NCBI GenBank assembly: GCA_964514545.1
Contig: CAZETR010000011.1
Coordinates: forward strand, 26,294 to 90,293
Source: an uncultured Gammaproteobacteria bacterium
GTDB taxonomy: Bacteria > Patescibacteriota > Microgenomatia > CAZETR01
DNA length: 64,000 nt
Direction: 5' to 3'
The notes beneath the pieces are model-generated. The model had not been told where the DNA came from and did no database searches. It saw only the letters and a list, made by a program, of their open reading frames with translations. Position numbers and translations under genes: made by a program. The stretch's first letter is position 1; each line of letters begins with the position of its first letter. Positions 46,390 to 56,453 of the stretch are shown here, piece after piece.

Positions 46390-47832
46390 ATGTTCAAAAA
46401 TGCGTGGTTTGATTCAATTGCGGCAAATCGGGACGAATGGATAAAGAGGAATTCTTATTATTACGGCTTTATAGAAAACTTAGTGAAATTCTACGTTCCT
46501 GGGGAGGCAAGTGTACTTGAAGTCGGTTGCGGAACCGGAAACTTGATCGGAAAACTAAAAAATAAAATGCGCGTTGGGGTTGACGTTAGCCGGGAAATGC
46601 TTAAAATTGCTAACCGGCACGCGAGAGGCGTTAAGTATATAAGAGCAGACGTGGAAGATGAAGCGGTTGGCGGAAAATATGACTGGGTTTTGGCTGTCAA
46701 CTTGGTTGGATATCTGTCAGATGTTTACAAAGCCTTTGAAAAACTAAAATTGAATTGTATGTCTGACTCGCGAGTCTTGGTTATAACCTACAACCACTTG
46801 TGGGAACCGATCTTAAAACTTGGAGAATTGCTCGGTCTTAGGTCGAAACAACCGGAACAAAACTGGCTTGGAGTCGATGATGTGAAGAATATTTTTTCTG
46901 CAATTGGCTTTGAACTTGTTCAGACAGACTTTAGGTTACTTGTTCCGTTCGACCTGGGGCCAGTTTCCAACCTGATTAACAACCTCTTCGCAAGCTTACC
47001 GGTCATTAGGCATTTTAGCCTATTACAGTGTTTAATTTTCCGACTAGAAAGTCGAACCGAGCGAAATTTGTCCGTTTCCATTATTGTTCCGGCTAGGAAT
47101 GAAGAAGGAAATATTCCAAATATAATCAAACTTCTGCCAAAATTCGGGAAATGGCAGGAAATAATATTTGTCGAGGGGCATTCGAAAGATAGGACGTGGG
47201 AGGAGATAAAGAAAATTTCAAATATCCCATTGAAAATTTCTGAAAATTTATCAAGGGTAAACAAATATCAAAGATCAAATAAATTTGTAGTTAGAGCTTA
47301 TAAACAAAAGGGTATGGGCAAGGCAGATGCGGTTAGATTGGGATTTGAGCAAGCGAAGGGTGAATTGTTGATGGTGATGGATGCTGATTTGACTGTTAGC
47401 CCAGCAGAACTGCTCAAGTTCTATAGCGTAATCTCTCAAGGTAAAGCTGACTTTGCAAATGGCAGTCGGTTGGTCTATCCGATGGAAAAGGAATCAATGA
47501 GGTTTCTAAACAAAGTTGGAAATAAAGTTTTCGGAGTCCTTTTGTCTTTTATCCTGGGACAGTCTTTCAAGGATACTCTGTGTGGTATGAAGGCTCTACT
47601 AAAGAAAGACTATGACAAGATTAAAAGAGGCCGAGCTTTTTTCGGTGATTTTGACCCTTTTGGCGATTTTGATTTGATTTTCGGTGCTGCGAAATTGAGT
47701 TTAAAGATTCTGGAAATACCTGTCAGGTACTGGGAAAGAAAGTATGGGGCAACTAATATTAACCGTTTTAAGCACGGGTTGATGTTGCTGCGGATGACCT
47801 TCTTTGCATTTACAAAATTTGTGTTTTACTAG
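46390..47832 (+). CDS. Bifunctional fusion: N-terminal SAM methyltransferase plus C-terminal GT2 (Dpm1-like)
   Basis: N-terminal LEVGCGTGNLIGKL SAM motif. C-terminal SVSIIVPARNEEGNI...MVMDADLT GT2 core, followed by a hydrophobic tail. Confidence 0.75.
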   Translation: MFKNAWFDSIAANRDEWIKRNSYYYGFIENLVKFYVPGEASVLEVGCGTGNLIGKLKNKMRVGVDVSREMLKIANRHARGVKYIRADVEDEAVGGKYDWVLAVNLVGYLSDVYKAFEKLKLNCMSDSRVLVITYNHLWEPILKLGELLGLRSKQPEQNWLGVDDVKNIFSAIGFELVQTDFRLLVPFDLGPVSNLINNLFASLPVIRHFSLLQCLIFRLESRTERNLSVSIIVPARNEEGNIPNIIKLLPKFGKWQEIIFVEGHSKDRTWEEIKKISNIPLKISENLSRVNKYQRSNKFVVRAYKQKGMGKADAVRLGFEQAKGELLMVMDADLTVSPAELLKFYSVISQGKADFANGSRLVYPMEKESMRFLNKVGNKVFGVLLSFILGQSFKDTLCGMKALLKKDYDKIKRGRAFFGDFDPFGDFDLIFGAAKLSLKILEIPVRYWERKYGATNINRFKHGLMLLRMTFFAFTKFVFY

Positions 47833-49381
47833 ACACGCATTGCGGTTGCTTGAGAAGAAGCATTTTAGTTCCGGAGATTCGTTCGAATGGAGTTGATTTA
47901 TATTGGGGATTGGCAGTAATAAAATCACTGTACGAGACTTGCTGAATATAGAGGGCGTTCCAGCACAAATTGTCTATGGGCACGGAGTTTCCATTGTGAT
48001 CCCCTACGAATGAAAGGTTTTCTAAATCGTATAGATACGGATAGGTTCTGGCTAATTGAGCCGCATTAAACCTTCCGGCCCAAACTCGGCTCCACAATAA
48101 GGAGAATGGTTTTGACTTACCGTATTCCCAAATTGCCGGTCCATCTATTTTTTGAGTTGAAACAAAGACTTCCAAGGCTGCCGAATTTTCAACTTCCTCC
48201 CGGACGTTTACTGATTGACGAGAAATCGTTGATATCGCCAATATTATTGATACGATTAGAACAAGTTGTCGTAGTGATGTGGACAAAGACTTGAAAATCA
48301 ATAATATGGCCGTAATGGTTAAAAAAAGATTTACAGTTTGGTAATAATCCTGGGGGTATTTAAAAAATGCTAACCAGCCGAGGATTGATAATCCAAGTAA
48401 CAAACCAGGGGTTCGGCTGTTGGTAAATTTTCGTGAGAATAGAACAGCTATTGCAGTTAAGACTAGGAGAAATAACCATGGGGTTGACCTTAAACCGGCT
48501 GTGGCGTGAACTGTCCAGCTAGCAATGTCGAGAACTTTAGTCTCTCCCCCACCGTAAACTCCAGCATGGCTAAACAAGGCAATGGCCCATCGGAAAATTT
48601 GTGAGTATCTGTCGTGAATTGGCCAGGTGGTTACGATGAAACCGAGTGCAATTAAGAGTGAGTCCATGGCTACCCTTAAAACAACATTGAAGATTGCTTT
48701 CTTGCTTTTTACCGCCCTGGAAAATCCCAGCGCTAAGGTAATCGGAATTATTGTAATTGAGGTAAATTTGCTAGCAAGCATTACGCCTGAACAAAGTGCC
48801 ATTAATCTCATAGGGAAATCTAATTTATCTCTATGCCAGACGGAGTAGAGAACCAGCCAGATTGAGAAAAGAAGAAATAGCATGTTTTCGGCTCTTATTG
48901 AGACTGGAATAACTGTAAATGGGTAAAACGATAATAGAATGGCTATTCCAATTAACGAAGTTGTTCTTGATTCTGAAATTGCGAACCATCCGCACAGTGT
49001 CAAATAAATACTGAAAACGAAGATCACAGATATAAATCCACGGCTATACCATAGAAGTAAATCGATGTTTACAGTGCTCCATTCTAGAAATGAGGTGTGG
49101 TGAATTTTTGCCCATACTCTGAGAGGCCAATAAGAAGACCCAAGGAACATATGGAGCGGAGTACCGGGGTGATTCGTGTAGGAAATTTGACCTATTGTTA
49201 TCCACTCCACTGCGTTACTAACGTAGTGAATGTCAGGGTCAATTGAATAGAACGGACTGGTTGGCCTTGTAATAATCGGTGAAACTAGGATAGCTGTTAT
49301 GACCAGGGACGCTAATAAAAAGAGTGCCCTAATCCTGAAGGAGGGGAAAACAACGTTTTTAATTCCCTCAACGGTCTTCAT
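47810..49381 (-). CDS. Polytopic membrane protein, possible GT-C-like
   Basis: 523 aa with more than ten hydrophobic segments and an early loop IDPDIHYVSNAVEW. Located inside the GT2 / GT-C block. Confidence 0.45.
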   Translation of the reverse strand: MKTVEGIKNVVFPSFRIRALFLLASLVITAILVSPIITRPTSPFYSIDPDIHYVSNAVEWITIGQISYTNHPGTPLHMFLGSSYWPLRVWAKIHHTSFLEWSTVNIDLLLWYSRGFISVIFVFSIYLTLCGWFAISESRTTSLIGIAILLSFYPFTVIPVSIRAENMLFLLFSIWLVLYSVWHRDKLDFPMRLMALCSGVMLASKFTSITIIPITLALGFSRAVKSKKAIFNVVLRVAMDSLLIALGFIVTTWPIHDRYSQIFRWAIALFSHAGVYGGGETKVLDIASWTVHATAGLRSTPWLFLLVLTAIAVLFSRKFTNSRTPGLLLGLSILGWLAFFKYPQDYYQTVNLFLTITAILLIFKSLSTSLRQLVLIVSIILAISTISRQSVNVREEVENSAALEVFVSTQKIDGPAIWEYGKSKPFSLLWSRVWAGRFNAAQLARTYPYLYDLENLSFVGDHNGNSVPIDNLCWNALYIQQVSYSDFITANPQYKSTPFERISGTKMLLLKQPQCVSSKTQIL

Positions 49382-50181
49382 AAAATTGGTTTGATTGTTC
49401 TTTGCAAACTGTATATCGGAAGAATAAGTATTTTTGTGTGCAAATAGTGGAGAATTAACAAAATTTTATTATTGGTTTGGCCTCTGGCAATTTCTAGTTG
49501 CTCTTTAAACTGCTCCTTGAAATAATTAGTACTTTTTGAAAACCGGTGTTTGCGAAAAACAGATAGATAAGATTTAATAATTCGGGGCTTGCTCAACTGG
49601 CTTAATCTCAGCCAGTAGTCGTAGTCAAAGGCGAATTTGTATTTGGGATTGAATAGTCCAATCTTGTCGACTACTTCTCTTCTCCAGAAAGTTGAGGGTT
49701 GGGGAATCATGTTGAGAATTAGCTGAAAGAGGCGCGAGTAAAAAAGTAGTGAAAAATGGACGTAAGTTGTAATTAACGTACTTCTTGGATGTCTGCCGTT
49801 GAGTAAAACTTTATAGAAACCTGTTACCCAGAGATTTTTTGGGTGATTTTCAAATTCTATGGCAATCTTTTGCAGAGTTCCGGGAAGATAAAAGTCGTCG
49901 GAGTTAAGATAGCCAATTATCTTTCCTGTTGCAACTTTGAGACCTTTGTTCAGCGCATCAACTTGGCCTTTGTCCCTTTCTGATTTCCATCTTATGACTT
50001 TGGGGTGTTTACGGGCGTACCTTTTAATTATTTCAATCGAATTGTCCGTCGATCCTCCATCAAAGATCAGGTATTCTAGGTTTGAGTAATCTTGGTTAAT
50101 GACGCTTTGAATCGTATTATCCAGAAATTTCGCCTGGTTGTACGATGGGGTAATGATTGTAATTTTTGGCCAGGCTTTCAT
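49378..50181 (-). CDS. Glycosyltransferase family 2
   Basis: ITIITPSYNQAKFL...FDGGSTDNS...YLNSDDFY. Confidence 0.8.
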   Translation of the reverse strand: MKAWPKITIITPSYNQAKFLDNTIQSVINQDYSNLEYLIFDGGSTDNSIEIIKRYARKHPKVIRWKSERDKGQVDALNKGLKVATGKIIGYLNSDDFYLPGTLQKIAIEFENHPKNLWVTGFYKVLLNGRHPRSTLITTYVHFSLLFYSRLFQLILNMIPQPSTFWRREVVDKIGLFNPKYKFAFDYDYWLRLSQLSKPRIIKSYLSVFRKHRFSKSTNYFKEQFKEQLEIARGQTNNKILLILHYLHTKILILPIYSLQRTIKPIL

Positions 50182-50183
50182 TA

Positions 50184-50525
50184 CTATTTCTTTTTTCCTT
50201 TGGAGATAACGGTAAACTTGCTGATTAGCTTTTCCATCTCTTTTTTTAGTTCCAGGTGGGAAATATAATTGTTGTAGTTCATAACAGTCAGGATAATGAA
50301 TGCAATTACCATGATAAAGTCCAGGGTCCTGACAAAATGAAACTTCTTGGCAATCGGATCAAGCAACTGAGGGAAAAGTGAGAAGACAATAAAGGAAGAC
50401 CACAGAATTGCCCAGAAAATGAAGCTTTGTTTTAGGATATGCCCTTTTTTGTAATGAATAAGGCCCGCGTAGACCATGAAACATGCGAATGGGACGGTAA
50501 TTAGCTGAACTCCTAAAAGATTCAT
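50184..50525 (-). CDS. Small membrane protein (DUF2304-like, GT2-associated)
   Basis: 113 aa with three or four TM helices. ATGA-coupled downstream of a Dpm1-like GT2, the usual arrangement for DUF2304. Confidence 0.4.
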   Translation of the reverse strand: MNLLGVQLITVPFACFMVYAGLIHYKKGHILKQSFIFWAILWSSFIVFSLFPQLLDPIAKKFHFVRTLDFIMVIAFIILTVMNYNNYISHLELKKEMEKLISKFTVISKGKKK

Positions 50526-51193
50526 CTTCTTTGGGTAATTTTAAATGTCGGAATTGATAAAAAGACTTCAATTGCTTCGAGCAGAGAGACGCCTTTGAAT
50601 TGGTCAAGGTAAATGTTTTCTATTGGTATTTCGGTGTATTTTATTCCGGCTGAACCGATTCTGGCAATCATTTCGGTTTCGACACCATAGCGTTCTGACA
50701 CCCATTTTATTTGTCTGTATGCCGAGGAGCGAAATGCCCTGAATCCGCAAAGGAGGTCTTTGACGTAGATGCCATAGATACCGGAGACCAGAATCGCTGC
50801 GACCCTGTTTCCTAATTTGCGAACAATTGGTACTGGGTGGTGGCCGGTTCTAATACCAATTGCAACGTTGTATTTTTTGAGGGCCTTGATAAATTTAGAA
50901 ATGTGAGAAGGTTTGTGCTGACCGTCTGCGTCAAAGGTAATAATCGCCTTAGCTCCGACGGAAATTGCGTATTCAATCCCCTTCCTTAACGCATATCCTT
51001 TACCCTTATTAAGGGGGAGTGACATTAGTGTTATTGGCAATTGTCTGGCTATTTTAGGAGTGTTATCGGTTGATCCGTCGTCGACGAGAATAATGTTTTT
51101 GCACTCCTTTCGAACACCCTGAATAACTTCGCGGATGTGTCTTTCTTCATTATAGGCAGGAATAACGACATAGGTATTGGATCTATTTATCAT
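50522..51193 (-). CDS. GT2 polyprenyl-phosphate sugar synthase-like (Dpm1-type)
   Basis: YVVIPAYNEERHI...LVDDGSTDNT...TFDADGQHKP. Confidence 0.8.
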   Translation of the reverse strand: MINRSNTYVVIPAYNEERHIREVIQGVRKECKNIILVDDGSTDNTPKIARQLPITLMSLPLNKGKGYALRKGIEYAISVGAKAIITFDADGQHKPSHISKFIKALKKYNVAIGIRTGHHPVPIVRKLGNRVAAILVSGIYGIYVKDLLCGFRAFRSSAYRQIKWVSERYGVETEMIARIGSAGIKYTEIPIENIYLDQFKGVSLLEAIEVFLSIPTFKITQRR

Positions 51194-52323
51194 GCTACCC
51201 AGTAGCCTCTGGTAAACCTCATCCAGAGGAAAAAGAGCCCTGAGACGGAAATGAGGAAATATACTAGCGTTAGTTTTCTGCGGCTGGAAAAAAACTGTGC
51301 AAGAAGAAGAAATGAAGGGAAACAGACCAGAACATAACGAGGTAGTGATACGAAGCTACCGGTAAGCGTGGGCACGATAAATGCAAGGAGATTGAAAATG
51401 GAATAAGAAAGGCGGTGTTTGACTAGGGAAAAAAACGAGGTGATTAGGAACACTGTTCCGACAATTGCCTCCAAAACAATAGTCGAATAGATATCACTCG
51501 ACCTATCTACCGTTGTTATCATTTTAAAATAGCGCCAGTATACTTGATAGAGCATGATTATTTTTTGACTCCTAAATTCGCCGTAGTGACTCAGTGATCT
51601 GATGAAAATAAATGGGTCGCCTGTGGAGGATTTGAGAAATTGCATATAGTAGATTAGCCCCAGGGGTATTAAACAAATCGCGAGTAGGGAACGAAAACTT
51701 GTCGACGGGTGGTTTTTTCTTTGTGTAAACCATTCAATAATCATCGCGGGAAAGAGGAAAATCCCTACAAATCTGGTTGAGGTAGCCAATAATCCCGCTA
51801 TTCCAGCTAACCACCATTTTTTTCTTCTGGCTCCATAAAAAGTCAAAACTGTTAACAATAAAAAAAGCGATTCGGTGTATACAGCTCCAAAGTAAAAGCT
51901 GGTTGGAAATATCAATATAACTAGCAAGGTAAGCAGGCTAACATTTTTGGTGTAGTCGAGTGCAATTAATTTGTATAAAAAGAATAGGGCCGTGATAAAA
52001 CAAACATTGGAAATTGTAAATCCGGCTAATGCCGAATTCGAATTGAATAAAGGGGAAAGACTTTTTATTAGATTGGGATAAAGCGGAAAAAAGGCCTGTT
52101 CTGCAAGCCTGTAGCCAAATTTTGCAATCCCAAGGTAATGTTCACCGTCAAAGTTTGCGTGGACCCAAAGAAGAGGATTTTTTTCAACTGTTTTCCAGTC
52201 AGTTCCCAATAAGTCATGTTTGAGCTGAAAAAACTTGGGGGCAATGAAGATCAGCGCTATGAGCAGTAATCTCCACGAAATAAAGCCGGCAATAATTCTC
52301 TTTGTGGGTGTGTAAAGAATCAT
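51190..52323 (-). CDS. GT-C-like membrane glycosyltransferase (PIG-V/mannosyltransferase-like), tentative
   Basis: WVHANFDGEHYLGIAKFGY...AFFPLYP resembles PIG-V/GT76-type mannosyltransferase signatures. Multi-pass membrane. Confidence 0.45.
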   Translation of the reverse strand: MILYTPTKRIIAGFISWRLLLIALIFIAPKFFQLKHDLLGTDWKTVEKNPLLWVHANFDGEHYLGIAKFGYRLAEQAFFPLYPNLIKSLSPLFNSNSALAGFTISNVCFITALFFLYKLIALDYTKNVSLLTLLVILIFPTSFYFGAVYTESLFLLLTVLTFYGARRKKWWLAGIAGLLATSTRFVGIFLFPAMIIEWFTQRKNHPSTSFRSLLAICLIPLGLIYYMQFLKSSTGDPFIFIRSLSHYGEFRSQKIIMLYQVYWRYFKMITTVDRSSDIYSTIVLEAIVGTVFLITSFFSLVKHRLSYSIFNLLAFIVPTLTGSFVSLPRYVLVCFPSFLLLAQFFSSRRKLTLVYFLISVSGLFFLWMRFTRGYWVA

Positions 52324-52334
52324 GTTGAGTATGT

Positions 52335-53168
52335 CTAGCGCCAGTCTTGAGCTATTCTTTCTCGCGTCTGCGGATTGTGTTTAAATTCCCAGTATTTTAC
52401 GTAGGCTGATGCTTTGGTTAATCCGCTATAAAAGGCAAAAATAAATCCCGGGAAACCGTCTACGAATCCCAGGTGGCGAACGTAAATGGAAATGAATATT
52501 AACACGGGTGAAAAAATAAAGAACCTAATAAAGCTAATAGGTCCGGTTCCCGGGTTGATTGCGAATAATTCGTGGGCAAAGAGGGTTGAATAACGATTGT
52601 CCTTCGTAATATAGGCTGAAAATGAAGGTGTTGGTAAATGGATTAGTTCGTTTTCTAACCAACCGATTTGTCCGGCTATTTCGATTTGTTCATGGACACT
52701 CGTCTGCGGAAATTTGCCCTTTCTTCGACGGAATAACCTGACTACCGGGTCAGGGTAGTGACCACCCTTCTTGATCCAACGACCGAGAAACTGTTTTTTT
52801 CGCTTGATCCAGTAGCCATCAGCGGCATTCTTTGACTCTATAACTCTTTTTATCTCGTCTGCTAACTGCGGTGAAACCCTTTCATCAGCATCAAGCTGCA
52901 AAACCCAGTCTCCCCTTGCCATACCGATGGCCTTCTGTTTCAGAATATGAAAAAGTGGCTTATTTTCCGTTACGATTGTTCTCGCCCCGAGGTTTTTTGC
53001 AATTTCAACTGTGTGGTCATGCGAATTTCCATCTACTATTACAACCTCTTCTGCAAATTTTTTAACCGAGTCAAGACAGTCAACAATGTTTTGTTCTTCA
53101 TTGAAGGTCGCGAGGCAAACGGAAAGTTTAATTTTAGACCCTGAATAATTCAAATGCTGGTTTGCCAT
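52335..53168 (-). CDS. Glycosyltransferase family 2 with C-terminal membrane anchor
   Basis: LSVCLATFNEE...VIVDGNSHDHT...LQLDADE, followed by two hydrophobic helices. Confidence 0.8.
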   Translation of the reverse strand: MANQHLNYSGSKIKLSVCLATFNEEQNIVDCLDSVKKFAEEVVIVDGNSHDHTVEIAKNLGARTIVTENKPLFHILKQKAIGMARGDWVLQLDADERVSPQLADEIKRVIESKNAADGYWIKRKKQFLGRWIKKGGHYPDPVVRLFRRRKGKFPQTSVHEQIEIAGQIGWLENELIHLPTPSFSAYITKDNRYSTLFAHELFAINPGTGPISFIRFFIFSPVLIFISIYVRHLGFVDGFPGFIFAFYSGLTKASAYVKYWEFKHNPQTRERIAQDWR

Positions 53169-54798
53169 TTGGAAAGTTGATCGTTTTAATGGGTGAAATG
53201 CCTGCGGGCGCCTCTTCCGGGGAGGTAATAATGAGAGCGTTGTGGTACTCGGCCATATTGTCCCATTTTATTGGTTTGAACTCAAATTTGCTGAATCTCT
53301 CAACTGTCGAAAAGCCGAAATTGTCACGGGGTGTCAGAACATGATCGGCCTGAAATTGCGACGGGTTGAAACCTGTAAAGAAAAGGGTAAGTATGTACGG
53401 TTGGTCATATCTGTCGGTGATCACGATTTTATCAAAGTTTGAGCCATTTTCTCTAAGATACTTGACCAATTCCTGAAAGCCGTATTGGGATGAAAATGGT
53501 AAACTTTTGGCCAAGTGATTATAGTACTGATGAAGGTAATAGGTAAAATTCCAAGTTATTACTGCAAGTAGAAGGATATGCACTAACAGATTCTTGGGGC
53601 GGGCTTTTGGTCGCCCAATTATCGAAACGAGTCCAAACGCAGATATGAGTTCCAGGGGGATAATCATGTTTTCGGCGCGTAAGGCGTGGGGACTTTGGAA
53701 AGTCAGAGAGGATGCAAGTGGAGCGATGATAAGCCATAGAATTGGAAACTTGCCTAATCCTTTTGCGCCAGCAAGGAAAATTATGCCGATGGCAAGAGTT
53801 GGGATTTCAAAATAATAAAGCAGGCCCATGTTAGGGATTTTATTTCTCTGGATTTCGTCTCCACTAATAAAAAGGAAGTCAGCCGAAAAATGTCGGGTGT
53901 AATTGTCGAAGAAACGAATTGTATATTCGACAAGGCGGTTGTGAATTAGTTTCGCTCCTTGGCTAAACGGAAAACGATGCTGGGATCTCAGTTCATCCGA
54001 GCGCGATTTAGGTCCAGGATCAGATGTGATGCCGACTCCCAGAAATCTAGCTGAAGCACGGCTACTGAAAAAGCTGGCTACTATAGGTAATAATAAAATT
54101 ATAGAGATTGCAATTGATGGTAGTAGCTTACTAAGTTCGGGTCGCTCACTTCTTGGGGTGGTTAAATAAAGTGCAAGAGCCAATATTGGAGCGACCAGGC
54201 GCATCGAGTGGTAGAGGTACATCGTAAGCAGAAAGGCAAATACGGAAAGTTTGGGAGATCGGGCTAGTTTGACAGACTTAATGTACTGCAGGATACCAAA
54301 GAGAAGTACTGTAGTTGCTGCGTTACTCTCCCAACCACCACGCGAAAAGTGGATATGCCATGGAGAAATAGCTAGGAGGAAACCAGCGACGGTTCCGATT
54401 GAAAATTGAATACTGAAAATTGAAAATTGTTTACCCGGGTAAATTAGGTTTGCAAGCTCGCTTATAAGAAAGATGGAGAAGATCGAGAGGAGGATATTGG
54501 GAAGGCGGACCGCGAGTGTGTTTAGACCAAGTGTTTTAACAAACGGGAGAGCAAGGTAGAAATAGGCTCCCGGTTTGTAATCATTGAATGATTGAAATTC
54601 AAACGGCCAGGGACGGCCGTGTTCGTCTTTTCCGGTTTTGATCAAAGAATAGGTGTTATAACCGATGGCTGCTTCATCGGCATTCAGAGCCGGAAGCGAG
54701 CTGATCTTATAGAATCTGAGAACTGAAGATAAAAGAAGAATGAGAAAAAGAGGAATATTTTTCTTCCACTTCACTGCCATGACTTTAATCGGGTTCAT
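53134..54798 (-). CDS. GT39/ArnT-family (PMT_2) membrane glycosyltransferase, paralog 1
   Basis: LNADEAAIGYNTYSLIKTGKDEHG N-terminal loop with DE, SPWHIHFSRGGWESN, and more than ten TM segments. Confidence 0.8.
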   Translation of the reverse strand: MNPIKVMAVKWKKNIPLFLILLLSSVLRFYKISSLPALNADEAAIGYNTYSLIKTGKDEHGRPWPFEFQSFNDYKPGAYFYLALPFVKTLGLNTLAVRLPNILLSIFSIFLISELANLIYPGKQFSIFSIQFSIGTVAGFLLAISPWHIHFSRGGWESNAATTVLLFGILQYIKSVKLARSPKLSVFAFLLTMYLYHSMRLVAPILALALYLTTPRSERPELSKLLPSIAISIILLLPIVASFFSSRASARFLGVGITSDPGPKSRSDELRSQHRFPFSQGAKLIHNRLVEYTIRFFDNYTRHFSADFLFISGDEIQRNKIPNMGLLYYFEIPTLAIGIIFLAGAKGLGKFPILWLIIAPLASSLTFQSPHALRAENMIIPLELISAFGLVSIIGRPKARPKNLLVHILLLAVITWNFTYYLHQYYNHLAKSLPFSSQYGFQELVKYLRENGSNFDKIVITDRYDQPYILTLFFTGFNPSQFQADHVLTPRDNFGFSTVERFSKFEFKPIKWDNMAEYHNALIITSPEEAPAGISPIKTINFPNGKPAFELFRV

Positions 54799-56450
54799 TG
54801 TTTTTTGGATGCGAAAATATAGAAAGCCGGAGATTTGTCAGGGTATTCAATTTCTTTAACCAGCCTTACATCGGTTTGGTTTTTGGCGTTTGGATCCATG
54901 GCAAGAGGCTCCCCTACAACAAGGGTGTTCGATAGGTATTTATCCCCACTCCAGGCAAGCGGCCGAAACTCCACGTTGTCAATTTTTTCGATTAATCCAA
55001 CGTCTCCGTTTGGATTTTCCTTTAGTCTGACTTGGGGCCACCATTTCCGCGGGTCATATTTTTGATAAAAGAGAAAATAAATATAGGGTTGAGCGTAACT
55101 TTGGTTGAAAATAATTTTTTGGTATTGGGTCTGAATAGGGCTTAAGGCATTTACTACTTGTTTATAGCCAAAGTACCAATATTTAGCGTTGAGGAGAGAT
55201 GTGTGGATAAATTCCAGATCAAGAAACCTAACCAAAGAGATTGTGTATAAAATGATGATTAGAGCGATAATTGGTTTTGCGCTTTTAAAAGATCTGACCA
55301 GGTAAATTAGTCCGAATGCTGTCGCAAGAGTTAGCGGAGCAACAAAATTTAATGATCTGACCCCGTGTATTATGTCTCTGGAAAGGGCCGCCGAGAGAGG
55401 GGCTGTGGCAAGCCAGTAAAGCATAAATTTTTGACCTGATGATGAGGAGTTTACAATCTTGACTACACCGATAACTAAAAATACGGCTTCGAATATGTAC
55501 ATTACCCCGTGGTAGGGAGTTGAATGCCTAAGTGTCGTCCAATCGCCTTCAAATAAGAGAAATCTTGGAGAGAAGTAATTGAAATAGTGCAAGAGAAAAA
55601 CTTTAGAGAGATATAGGGGTTCCGAGTGATAAAGATAATAGGATAGGGTTTTTTGTGATTTTCCATCTTCGGACAGAAGTTGAGAGATTTCTTCCGGTGA
55701 TCTCCTGTAAGCAAATAAACTATAGACCTTGAGTCTTCCTGAACCAGTGCGCAGTGAAATAATTATCGGTAGTGCCAGAAGAGATAAAACGATAGTTGGT
55801 TTAATTAGGACTTTAGTTTGCGGCAGTTTGATTCTGTAGGCTAGTAAAAGCGACAAGATTGTTAACGGGGTGGATAATTTTGCTCCCTGGTAAGCCCAGA
55901 AGGTAAAACCAAAAAGTAGCGCCGAATAGTAATAAAATTTTGGTCTGTCGAGTGATTTTAAAAAGAAATGGATACCGGCCAAAGTAAGAGTAAGCGCGAG
56001 ATTTGATTCCCAGGCTCCCCTGGAGAGGTGGATGTGCCAAGGGGAGAGTGCGAGCAAGAAACTGGCGACGTGCCCAACGTTAAGTTTTAAGAAACTAGTT
56101 TTAACGTTGTTCTCGGAAAACAACGCGTTTGCGATAAAATATATCATTAGAACTGCCACTAATCCGGCTATGGCGCCCGGAAGACGAGTCGAGAATTCGT
56201 TGAGTCCAAAGATGGCTATAAACGGTATGTCTGAATAAATATAAAGACCCGGTTTATAATCCCCGAATGATTTAAAGACAATTGGGAACCTCTGACCGTA
56301 TTCGTCCCTGCCTGTTTTTAGAATCGAGTAAGCGTTGTAGCCCAGTGCTGCCTCGTCTGGTGTCAGATGGATTGGATTTGTACCCAGACCCCAGAATCGC
56401 AAAATTGTCGCTATAACTAATATTGAGAGTAAGGGTAAGTTCTTGAGCAT
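54795..56450 (-). CDS. GT39/ArnT-family membrane glycosyltransferase, paralog 2
   Basis: LTPDEAALGYNAYSILKTGRDEYG; SPWHIHLSRGAWESN. Confidence 0.8.
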   Translation of the reverse strand: MLKNLPLLSILVIATILRFWGLGTNPIHLTPDEAALGYNAYSILKTGRDEYGQRFPIVFKSFGDYKPGLYIYSDIPFIAIFGLNEFSTRLPGAIAGLVAVLMIYFIANALFSENNVKTSFLKLNVGHVASFLLALSPWHIHLSRGAWESNLALTLTLAGIHFFLKSLDRPKFYYYSALLFGFTFWAYQGAKLSTPLTILSLLLAYRIKLPQTKVLIKPTIVLSLLALPIIISLRTGSGRLKVYSLFAYRRSPEEISQLLSEDGKSQKTLSYYLYHSEPLYLSKVFLLHYFNYFSPRFLLFEGDWTTLRHSTPYHGVMYIFEAVFLVIGVVKIVNSSSSGQKFMLYWLATAPLSAALSRDIIHGVRSLNFVAPLTLATAFGLIYLVRSFKSAKPIIALIIILYTISLVRFLDLEFIHTSLLNAKYWYFGYKQVVNALSPIQTQYQKIIFNQSYAQPYIYFLFYQKYDPRKWWPQVRLKENPNGDVGLIEKIDNVEFRPLAWSGDKYLSNTLVVGEPLAMDPNAKNQTDVRLVKEIEYPDKSPAFYIFASKKQ

Positions 56451-56453
56451 GAT

